Notes under the pieces: generated by a model | Databases searched by the model: none | What the model saw: the letters and a program-made list of their open reading frames with translations, nothing else | Told to the model about the DNA's origin: nothing | Translations under genes and position numbers: made by a program | Shown: positions 1 to 7,466 of the stretch, in pieces | How the letters are laid out: each line of letters opens with the position of its first letter | Position numbering within the stretch: position 1 is the stretch's first letter | Source: an uncultured Candidatus Saccharibacteria bacterium | GTDB lineage: Bacteria; Patescibacteriota; WWE3; UBA101185; 2-01-FULL-41-18 | NCBI GenBank assembly: GCA_964636285.1 | Contig: CAZWQF010000001.1 | Location: forward strand, 7,048 to 71,047 | DNA length: 64,000 bases | Direction: 5' to 3'

Positions 1-52
1 GAAAAGATTGGGAACTTATTTAACTGAGGTACAGTTGAGTATAGAACGCAAA

Positions 53-92
53 ACGGGCATCTCATCTCCTTTCGGTAAATGTGAATGCCCGT
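53..92 (-). terminator. Long hairpin ACGGGCA...TGCCCGT with GAAA loop, followed by TTT
   Basis: Inverted repeat just downstream of ORF 103-348; near-identical to the hairpin at 1658-1700. Confidence 0.7.
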
Positions 93-102
93 CACAAGAG
101 TC

Positions 103-348
103 TTAACCTTTCGGTTTTATTTTGAAACAGCCCAAAAGAAGCTTGATCACTTCAGGCTCGCGCCCTTGTGGCCACGACGCATCTTCCTTAACTGCTTGCT
201 TTGCTTGTTCTTCGAGCCAATCGAGCTCTTCGTCGGTCCAATAATCGACCACTGGTAAGAAATAGACAAAGAAAAAACCGTGCTCACATTCAATTGTTCC
301 ACTCAACATGCCGCTGCGCCCACTAGCTAGATGTTTTGAGTCTGCCAT
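103..348 (-). CDS. Orphan hypothetical protein, 81 aa
   Basis: AGGAG SD 6 nt before ATG; TTGACG-17-TACAAT promoter upstream; hairpin downstream. Confidence 0.7.
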   Translation of the reverse strand: MADSKHLASGRSGMLSGTIECEHGFFFVYFLPVVDYWTDEELDWLEEQAKQAVKEDASWPQGREPEVIKLLLGCFKIKPKG

Positions 349-393
349 GTTGTTCTCCTGATCAGACTTGCGATTCTAATGAATGTTCTGGGT

Positions 394-422
394 ATTGTAC
401 TTACTGTTAAAAGTATCGTCAA
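394..422 (-). promoter_or_regulatory. Sigma70-type promoter TTGACG-N17-TACAAT
   Basis: Near-consensus hexamers at 17-nt spacing. Confidence 0.65.
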
Positions 423-441
423 GTACTATGGGGTACTTACT

Positions 442-768
442 CTAGTTGCTAGAAAACTCAATAATCCATTCGATTCCGAATTTGTCTCTAAACATCCCCG
501 CATAGGAACCCCATGGGCTGTTTTAACTTTCATTTACTCGCCCCATAACTTCTGGAACATCGTTGGCAATAAGAAGTGTGGAAGCGCCTATAGGTAGGGC
601 AATATACATTATTTTATTTTCTTCTTTTTCTGAAGGTTGGAAGTCAGCGTTTGCAATATCTTTGAAACGCACTACTTTAGAAAACTCTCCGCCGAATACA
701 GATTTATAAAAAGTAAACGCCTTCTGCGCATTGCCGTTGAAATTTATCCAAGTATTTAATGTTGCCAT
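442..768 (-). pseudogene. VOC/PhnB-family protein with internal deletion and in-frame stop
   Basis: N-terminus INFNGNAQKAFTFYKSVFGG; after the TAA at 523-525 the same frame continues SPWGSYAGMFRDKFGIEW, the typical PhnB-like C-terminus; the middle segment is missing. Confidence 0.75.
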
Positions 769-876
769 TTGCTAATGATATCAAATGAAGGGAGTAACAA
801 TAAACTGATTTTTGGCTTCCTCCACTTTGGTGGAAGTAGGAACTTTTGTTTTTAGTATTTGGAAATTAGATAACAA

Positions 877-927
877 AACGGGCACCAGTCAGAAGTTGGG
901 GATACTGTACTTCTGAAGGTGCCCGTT
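877..927 (-). terminator. Long hairpin AACGGGCACC...GGTGCCCGTT followed by TTG
   Basis: Inverted repeat downstream of ORF 965-1513. Confidence 0.7.
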
Positions 928-964
928 GAATCTTAAGCAGATTCACGCTAAGGGTAGTGCGTGA

Positions 965-1513
965 TCAGCGCATTGCGAAGATGGTCGCTCCCAAGCTGAC
1001 CGTGATGAGAGGGTCTTCGTCTTGCGGGATGGGGATACCCAGCTCCACGAACCGAGTGTGCACCGCTTTGCAGACCGGGCATTTCTCGGTGTGACGGAGC
1101 CAGTCTCCCCAGGAGACAACGCTCGGGTCCGGCCCAAACGCTTCCGCGAGGAGGTGGTTGGAGACCTGCGTCACATCCATGTGGGCGATCAGTTCATAGA
1201 CCCCTGTGGGGATGGGAAAACGCGTCTCGTCCACGTGGATCCAGATCCCGCCCGCCAGCGTGTAGATGTCCACGTGCTCGAGGGCCGTCTCCTTCCCGAT
1301 GTACGCCTTCGGCGCTTCGGAGCTGGAGAGGACCGGGATGTCGATCGAGGACTTGGAGACGTATGCCTTGACCCAGTCGATGACGGCCTTCACATACTCG
1401 TCCCCCTTCTGCTCGTCACCGGCCCAGATGTCCAGTTGGAGCAGGTCGTGGCCGAGGTCGCGCAAATTCTGCTCATTGTCCATACCCGCGTGGAAATAAA
1501 CTGCGTATGACAT
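965..1513 (-). CDS. GC-rich orphan hypothetical protein, 182 aa, CxxC near C-terminus
   Basis: AAGGAG SD before ATG 1513; TTGACT-17-TATAAT promoter upstream; sampled lines are 60-68% GC. Confidence 0.75.
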   Translation of the reverse strand: MSYAVYFHAGMDNEQNLRDLGHDLLQLDIWAGDEQKGDEYVKAVIDWVKAYVSKSSIDIPVLSSSEAPKAYIGKETALEHVDIYTLAGGIWIHVDETRFPIPTGVYELIAHMDVTQVSNHLLAEAFGPDPSVVSWGDWLRHTEKCPVCKAVHTRFVELGIPIPQDEDPLITVSLGATIFAMR

Positions 1514-1554
1514 GTCAATGCTCCTTGGCAAAAGCCACTAATTTGGATGCGCGT

Positions 1555-1583
1555 ATTATAGGTTATTTAATAAATAAAGTCAA
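1555..1583 (-). promoter_or_regulatory. Sigma70-type promoter TTGACT-N17-TATAAT
   Basis: Near-consensus hexamers. Confidence 0.75.
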
Positions 1584-1657
1584 ACTATAGGTCTTATAGC
1601 TCCCATAGTGGATGAGGTTAAAATTTTTATAGCTCAGCATTGATATTAATTGAACAA

Positions 1658-1700
1658 AACGGGCACCCTCATATCCTTTCGGAAAATGTGAATGCCCGTT
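1658..1700 (-). terminator. Long hairpin ACGGGCA...TGCCCGT with GAAA loop
   Basis: Inverted repeat; near-copy of 53-92. Confidence 0.7.
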
Positions 1701-1757
1701 GTAGCTTTTTTATCCCCAAAGGGAAAGGTATAACTACCTACCTTGTGCAGAGTGCTC

Positions 1758-2048
1758 TCAGCCGCGGTTTATCCTCACGGAATTCCCGCTTCCTTGCACC
1801 ACGATGTTGCCATGTCCCCTTACCTGCAAAGGGCCGGACAAGGCTCCCATCTGCAACGTGGCTCCCGGTACAAACGAAGTGCTGCAGTGCTTGCAGCGGA
1901 GAACTTCGCTTGTCCAAGACTGGAGGATGACGATGGTGTCACCCGAGACTAAGAAGTGTGAGCCTTTTTTCTCATTTGGTAACTCAACTTCCCCTCCGCA
2001 CTGCGAACACTTAGCAGGCACAAAGCCTGCATCCGTAATGTCTGGCAT
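1758..2048 (-). CDS. Orphan zinc-ribbon-like protein, 96 aa
   Basis: CSQC and CKHC motifs; AGGAG SD before ATG 2048; TTTACA-17-TATAAT promoter. Confidence 0.7.
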   Translation of the reverse strand: MPDITDAGFVPAKCSQCGGEVELPNEKKGSHFLVSGDTIVILQSWTSEVLRCKHCSTSFVPGATLQMGALSGPLQVRGHGNIVVQGSGNSVRINRG

Positions 2049-2170
2049 GTAATATCTCCTGAGTCCTGAATAGTGAATTTGCAAAATTATAATATATTTA
2101 AGAGTAGTTGTAAAACTATAGGCCTCCTATTTTCAATGGAAACCTACAGAGCTTTGTTTGTTTGGTCACC

Positions 2171-2644
2171 TTAACTGATTTCCTCAGGTGATAATATTCG
2201 TAGCGTTTTCTGTATAGCAGGTAAATGCTCTGTTTCCCAATGCCAAATGTCATCTTCCAAAAATCTATAAGCTGTCTGATCTTTTCTGGTTTTCCATACA
2301 GGAACTTCCCAAAGATTTTCAGGCAAAGTTTCATACATACTTAGAAGAGTATTTCCTAAAGTAATGAATTCTTTGTACACTTCTTCCCAGCTTCTATTCT
2401 TTCTCATCTCAATCCCTTTAGAATTAAATGCATCAACATCCGGTTCCCAATAGGGCTCTTTGCCTTCTTTTAAAGCTGATAAGCAATCAATATCGTGTAC
2501 CATCCAGTTGCTTAAATGAGCAACTATATCTTTTAAATTCCAAGTATCAAATAAAGTAGTTAATCTTTGGTTTTCAGGAAATTTATCGATTGTGGATATA
2601 AGGTTTTGTTTAACTTGCTTTAATTCAGCGATTTTTTCTTGCAT
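2171..2644 (-). CDS. DinB/ClbS-DfsB-like four-helix bundle protein
   Basis: WNLKDIVAHLSNW motif and C-terminal His pair (HWETEH). Confidence 0.7.
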   Translation of the reverse strand: MQEKIAELKQVKQNLISTIDKFPENQRLTTLFDTWNLKDIVAHLSNWMVHDIDCLSALKEGKEPYWEPDVDAFNSKGIEMRKNRSWEEVYKEFITLGNTLLSMYETLPENLWEVPVWKTRKDQTAYRFLEDDIWHWETEHLPAIQKTLRILSPEEIS

Positions 2645-2725
2645 CTACCGAATTATACTTCACATGAAGCGTGGTTAGAACTTTTGGCTCCGACGGTAGG
2701 ATTCGAACCTACAACCATCTCCTTA

Positions 2726-3034
2726 CACCTTACCCCATTGTTTCCATTGGGAGTGGACTATATCATCACCTTATTCGTTTTAAGAATTTAGGTGTCGGGC
2801 GCTTAGTCTCTGAACCTTCCACAAAGAAAGTCTTCACCTTCTAGGGGCTTGGCTGCGAATTACCATACTAGATTGTGCTTACTAGCGTAGGCTTTTCGAC
2901 AATTCACCCGATTTTCACTTGTGGATTTCTCCACAAGGCTGCAGTAAACCTCCATGAATTTCTCTATGACAATTTGCACAAACAAGAATTTATAAGTTCT
3001 TGGACATAAAGATTCATGAGGTTGTCAATGTGCC
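2726..3034 (-). mobile_element. Group I self-splicing intron, 309 nt
   Basis: 5' exon ends in U and intron ends in G; R element TCAGAGACTA; S element GATATAGTCC; Q-like AATTCGCAGC; P1 CUGU/GCAG with a U-G pair at the splice site. Confidence 0.9.
2915..3007 (-). pseudogene. HNH homing endonuclease remnant inside the intron
   Basis: 2954-2989 translates ILVCANCHREIH; ATG at 3007 is followed by an early stop. Confidence 0.7.
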
Positions 3035-3177
3035 ACAGGGAGCCGCGCTACCGTTGCGCTACGTCGGAATATGCCAGCTTTTTTCAAAGCAAGGGAATTT
3101 TAGCTTATTAGGACGGTGTTTTCAACAGAGATTTAATAAGAGTAGATCAAAGAATTTTAAATATGTTTAATGAAGCG

Positions 3178-3213
3178 AAAGGCGACGGGCTTAGGCAAAA
3201 AGCCCGTCGCTTT
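3178..3213 (-). terminator. Hairpin GCGACGGGCTT...AAGCCCGTCGC
   Basis: Perfect inverted repeat 4 nt after the stop of 3218-3445. Confidence 0.75.
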
Positions 3214-3217
3214 GAAG

Positions 3218-3445
3218 TCACGAGTGTGCCAGCGAAAAATAGTACTCTGGAAAGAGCGCTCTTGCCGTATCTTTTGCGCGCTTGATTCTTACTCCTTCCA
3301 TTACTTGAACAATCGTTTCAGGAGTTACCTTGTCGCGCGCGTTTGGGTCTATCGTTACCTTTATTAGCTTTTTTGAGGTTGGATCCCAAACTCCGTACCC
3401 AAGTCGGACTCGCTGGCCTGTCCAAAGGTTTACTGCAACTTTCAT
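3218..3445 (-). CDS. Orphan hypothetical protein, 75 aa
   Basis: GGTG-type SD, ATG start, terminator hairpin downstream. Confidence 0.6.
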   Translation of the reverse strand: MKVAVNLWTGQRVRLGYGVWDPTSKKLIKVTIDPNARDKVTPETIVQVMEGVRIKRAKDTARALFPEYYFSLAHS

Positions 3446-3463
3446 ATCACACCCACCTCTGAG

Positions 3464-3721
3464 TCAGCTTTTGGTGCAATTGATTCTGACCTCTTTGCTT
3501 CTGGCTTTTGGCTCAGCGTGTTCTAGCACGGTGAACTGCTGCCGAGGAGAGGGGGAGCCAATAGGGGCCAAGCCGATTTTTTGGCCTTTCTCAAAAGTCC
3601 TGGGTTCGTCCAGCTTGGCGACGATCGCGTAGAATGACCCCAGGTTTGGTGAGTTTCTGTCTGTGGCCCGTCCCGTTCCAATTCGTTTCCATTCCCCTTC
3701 GATAAGGATAAGTAGGTCCAT
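3464..3721 (-). CDS. Orphan hypothetical protein, 85 aa
   Basis: AAAGGA SD before ATG 3721; 18 nt from the next ORF. Confidence 0.6.
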   Translation of the reverse strand: MDLLILIEGEWKRIGTGRATDRNSPNLGSFYAIVAKLDEPRTFEKGQKIGLAPIGSPSPRQQFTVLEHAEPKARSKEVRINCTKS

Positions 3722-3927
3722 GTGCCGTTCCTTTCTCCTGTCTGATTTTGTCTCAGAATTATTACTCACAATCGTCTTTATTGCAAACTTAATTATTCCT
3801 TTTACCTACAAATAAAAAGCCTCTTACATTTTCTTAAAAATTATTCAAAAAACCATTGCAATCCGTTCCCCAATAATTTATATTTTGGGAGTTAGAAGTT
3901 CTAACAATCCCTGCCCCTCCCAGAATT

Positions 3928-4506
3928 ATGATTCTATCTGATAGAGATTTACTCACAGAGATTAAGTCGGGGAGGCTATCTCTTACACCCTTTAATAAAA
4001 GCCATGTTCAACCGGCTAGCATCGACCTCCTTTTGGATTACGAATTTAAAGTCTTTAAAAACTTCATTAAGCCTTATCTTGATCTAAAAGAGCCCGTTTC
4101 TGACTATATGCAAACTGTAAAAATTAAAAAAGATGAGCCATTAATTGTTCATCCAAGAGAATTTGTTTTAGGTACTAGTATTGAATATGTAAAAATACCA
4201 AATAATCTGCTAGCTAGGCTTGAAGGAAAAAGCAGTCTTGGAAGACTTGGACTTATTGTTCATGCCACTGCAGGTTTTATTGATCCAGGTTTTGAAGGTC
4301 AGATTACATATGAGATCACAAATCTTTCAAATATTCCTCTCGCAATCTACGGAGGCATAAAAGTAGCTCAGATGTCGGTTCACACTTTATCAAGCTCTGT
4401 ATTAACCCCTTATGGAGCAAAATCCCTTAACAGTAAATATTTAAAGCAAAAAGGACCAACACCAAGCAAAATGCATTTGAACTTTAAAAAGAATAAGGAT
4501 GTGTAA
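3928..4506 (+). CDS. dcd: dCTP deaminase
   Basis: MILSD, QPASIDL, EGKSSLGRLG and AGFIDPGFEGQITYE motifs. Confidence 0.95.
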   Translation: MILSDRDLLTEIKSGRLSLTPFNKSHVQPASIDLLLDYEFKVFKNFIKPYLDLKEPVSDYMQTVKIKKDEPLIVHPREFVLGTSIEYVKIPNNLLARLEGKSSLGRLGLIVHATAGFIDPGFEGQITYEITNLSNIPLAIYGGIKVAQMSVHTLSSSVLTPYGAKSLNSKYLKQKGPTPSKMHLNFKKNKDV

Positions 4507-6124
4507 GATGTTTACAAAAGATGAGAGGCAAAAGTTATCATATTTTTTTACTTCCCTTGATAAAGATGTTTTTGTATTAACCAACCTTCCTGAAATTTTA
4601 AAAGGAGCTTTGTTTTCGCGTTACAGTAGGTCCACAAAACCTCTAAGACAATTATTTCTAGATGAATATTTAAAAAATGAAGAGCTGGGGATTGATAATA
4701 CTGCCCTTTCCCAGACCTCTTTTGACTCGTCAAAAATATTAGCAACTGAAAAAGCGGAAAAGTTTTTCTCAAAGTGGCTTGCAGAATATGGGGATGACTC
4801 TATAGCAGAGCTTGGTGGGGTTCATGTTGGGGTAGAAAATGTAAGTGTCCTTGCAACAAAATCAATGGAAGACAGACGCGTTGGTGTTTCTCCGCTTGAA
4901 AAATCCACTAGATATGTTCGTTTTGATGACAAGGTTAATGGAAAATACAGATTTTATTTTGACAAAAAGATAGAAGCCTCAAAATTTAATTCTCTTTACG
5001 AGAAAACAATGAACGTACTTTTTGACACATACTCTGAGCTTTTAGATCCTATGATGGAGTATTTTAGAACAAAGTTTAAAAAGCCAGAAGATGCTTCAGA
5101 AAAAGCTTATGAGGCCTCAATCAGAGCAAAGGCTTGCGACACTTTAAGAGGATTATTACCTTTATCTACACTTACAAACATGGGGCTTTTTGCAAACGGG
5201 CGTGCATATGAATATATGCTCACAAAGATGTTTGCAGGCACTCTTACAGAAACAAATAGTCTCGCACAGAATATTTATACAGAGCTTGATAAAGTTATCC
5301 ATAATTTTATAGAAAGAATAAAAACTGAAAAAGGAGAGAACTATGTCAAGTATTTAATTGAAACACATAACTTGATAGAAAGCCTTTCTAAAAAGGTGGA
5401 TAAGAAAACTATTTCCAAAGTTGATTCTAATCCAAAACCTCAAGTAGTTTTAGTTGATTTTGATAAAAATGCTGAAGAAAAACTTTGTGCCTCTATTTTA
5501 TTTTCGGTTTCAAATAAACCTCTTAAAAGTTTACTTAGTCTTTCAAAAAAACTTGGCAAAAAGAAAAGAACAGAACTTATAAAAGCTTATGTAGAAAAGA
5601 GGGTAGGCAGATGGAATAAAGTTGGAAGATCCTTTGAAGAGCCCTACTTTCATTTTGAGATAGTCTCAGACTTTGGGGCATATAAAGATCTTGAGAGGCA
5701 TAGAGTACTAACCCAGGATAAGCAGCTCTTTAGTTGTGATCTTGGATATGATATGCCACAAGAAATCAAAGATGCAGGGTTTGAACATAAATACAAAAAG
5801 GCAATGGATTTTGCAAAAAGCACTTTTGTAAAAATATCTGCAAAGTTTCCTCTTGAAGCCCAGTATATTGTAACTCATGGTTATAAGGTTAGATACAGAA
5901 TGAAGATGAACCTTAGAGAAGCATTTCACTTATGCGAATTAAGAAGCTCTCCACAGGGACACCCTGGTTACAGGTTTATTGCGCAAGAAATGTATAAAAG
6001 AATAAAAGAAGCATACCCACTTTTTGGAGAGGTTATGAAGTATGTAAACATGGAAAGCCCAGGTCTTGAAAGACTTTCTTCAGAAGTAAGAAAGGAGGAA
6101 AAGCTGAAAAAGCTTCATAGTTAA
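4499..6124 (+). CDS. thyX: FAD-dependent thymidylate synthase, tandem-domain form
   Basis: EKSTRY in the N-half; RHR and ELRS motifs in the C-half; lies between dcd and glyA. Confidence 0.85.
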   Translation: MCKMFTKDERQKLSYFFTSLDKDVFVLTNLPEILKGALFSRYSRSTKPLRQLFLDEYLKNEELGIDNTALSQTSFDSSKILATEKAEKFFSKWLAEYGDDSIAELGGVHVGVENVSVLATKSMEDRRVGVSPLEKSTRYVRFDDKVNGKYRFYFDKKIEASKFNSLYEKTMNVLFDTYSELLDPMMEYFRTKFKKPEDASEKAYEASIRAKACDTLRGLLPLSTLTNMGLFANGRAYEYMLTKMFAGTLTETNSLAQNIYTELDKVIHNFIERIKTEKGENYVKYLIETHNLIESLSKKVDKKTISKVDSNPKPQVVLVDFDKNAEEKLCASILFSVSNKPLKSLLSLSKKLGKKKRTELIKAYVEKRVGRWNKVGRSFEEPYFHFEIVSDFGAYKDLERHRVLTQDKQLFSCDLGYDMPQEIKDAGFEHKYKKAMDFAKSTFVKISAKFPLEAQYIVTHGYKVRYRMKMNLREAFHLCELRSSPQGHPGYRFIAQEMYKRIKEAYPLFGEVMKYVNMESPGLERLSSEVRKEEKLKKLHS

Positions 6125-6125
6125 T

Positions 6126-7466
6126 ATGCCAGTTAATAATAAATATTTAAAAAAAATGGATTCCCAAATACATAAATTGATTGAGCAAGAAACAAAAAGA
6201 CAGGTAGAAGGCCTTGAGATGATTCCATCGGAAAACTATGTAAGCAGGGCTGTTCTTGATGCTATGGGGTCAGTTCTAACAAATAAATACTCGGAAGGGT
6301 ACCCTGGAAAAAGATACTATGGTGGAAATGAATACATTGACCAAATTGAAAACCTTGCGATTGAGAGAGCAAAAGAATTATTTAAAGTTCCATATGCAAA
6401 TGTGCAACCGTATTCAGGAAGTCCAGCAAACCAGGCAGTTTGTCTTGCACTAATAAATCCAGGAGATTTGATAATGGGAATGAGTCTTTATGATGGCGGC
6501 CACTTAACACATGGGTGGAAGGTTAGTTTTAGTGGAATATATTATAAAAGTATCTCTTATCATGTTACAACTCAAGGCGCAGTAGACTTTGCTGAAGTAA
6601 TAAAACTTGCCAAAGAGTTTAAGCCAAAACTTATTTGGGTTGGAGGCTCCGCCTATACAAAGGAGTATGAATTTGAGTTATTTTCAAAAATTGCAGATGA
6701 GATTGGAGCTTATCTTGTTGCTGATATAGCGCATGTAGCAGGTTTAGTTGTAGCAGGGGTTCACAAAAGCCCCGCTCCGTTTGCGCATGTAATCACTACC
6801 ACAACTCATAAAACGTTAAGAGGTCCAAGAGGTGCAATAATAATGGTTACCAAAAAAGGAATTAAAAAGGATTTACAAATTTGCCAAAAAATAGATAAAG
6901 CAGTTTTCCCAGGTCTCCAAGGAGGTCCTCACAACCATACAACAGCAGGAGTTGCTGTTGCTTTAAAGGAGGCGTCAACAGACAAGTTTAAAAAATACGG
7001 TAAGCAAATTGTTAAGAATGCAAAAGTGTTATCTAAGGCTTTAAAAAGACACGGTTTTAATCTTGTTGGAGGCATTACAGAAAATCACTTAATCCTCATC
7101 AATTTATCCTCAACAAATGGGGTAGGGAGTGGGTACTTTGCGCAGGAGGTTTTATCCGTTGCAGGTATTACTGTTAATAAAAACACAGTTCCTTCGGAGC
7201 CTTCATCCTCCTATTATCCTTCTGGGATCAGGCTTGGAACACCAGCACTGACCTCAAGAGGAATGGCAGCAGACGAGATGGAAAAAATTGCAGATTTTAT
7301 TTATCAAGCTTTAAGTACAGTTCAGATAAAAAGTCTCCCACAAGATAAAGATGAAAGAGCACTTTTTGTCAAAGAATTTAAAAGTAAAATATCAAGAAAC
7401 AAGGAGCTCCATAAGATTAGAACTGAAGTTAAAAAACTGTGCAAAAAGTTTCCTATTCGTATCTAA
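6126..7466 (+). CDS. glyA: Serine hydroxymethyltransferase
   Basis: NKYSEGYPGKRYYGG, TTTTHKTLRGPRG and GIRLGTPA motifs. Confidence 0.97.
   Translation: MPVNNKYLKKMDSQIHKLIEQETKRQVEGLEMIPSENYVSRAVLDAMGSVLTNKYSEGYPGKRYYGGNEYIDQIENLAIERAKELFKVPYANVQPYSGSPANQAVCLALINPGDLIMGMSLYDGGHLTHGWKVSFSGIYYKSISYHVTTQGAVDFAEVIKLAKEFKPKLIWVGGSAYTKEYEFELFSKIADEIGAYLVADIAHVAGLVVAGVHKSPAPFAHVITTTTHKTLRGPRGAIIMVTKKGIKKDLQICQKIDKAVFPGLQGGPHNHTTAGVAVALKEASTDKFKKYGKQIVKNAKVLSKALKRHGFNLVGGITENHLILINLSSTNGVGSGYFAQEVLSVAGITVNKNTVPSEPSSSYYPSGIRLGTPALTSRGMAADEMEKIADFIYQALSTVQIKSLPQDKDERALFVKEFKSKISRNKELHKIRTEVKKLCKKFPIRI

Larger units (their letters stand above)
2685..3068 (-). tRNA. tRNA-Asn(GUU), split by an intron (exon 1 3035-3068, exon 2 2685-2725)
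   Basis: Acceptor stem TCCGACG/CGTCGGA-G-CCA; D arm GCGC/GCGC; T loop GGTTCGAATCC; the spliced anticodon loop reads CT-GTT-AA. Confidence 0.92.

Noticed and set aside
1022-1510. Plus-strand 162-aa ORF and other antisense ORFs in the track
   Set aside because: Shadow frames of real genes; start signals support the opposite strand.
53-1700. Hairpins as integron attC sites
   Set aside because: Only one has an RYYYAAC-like end, none has GTTRRRY, no integrase is seen, and the units carry their own promoters.
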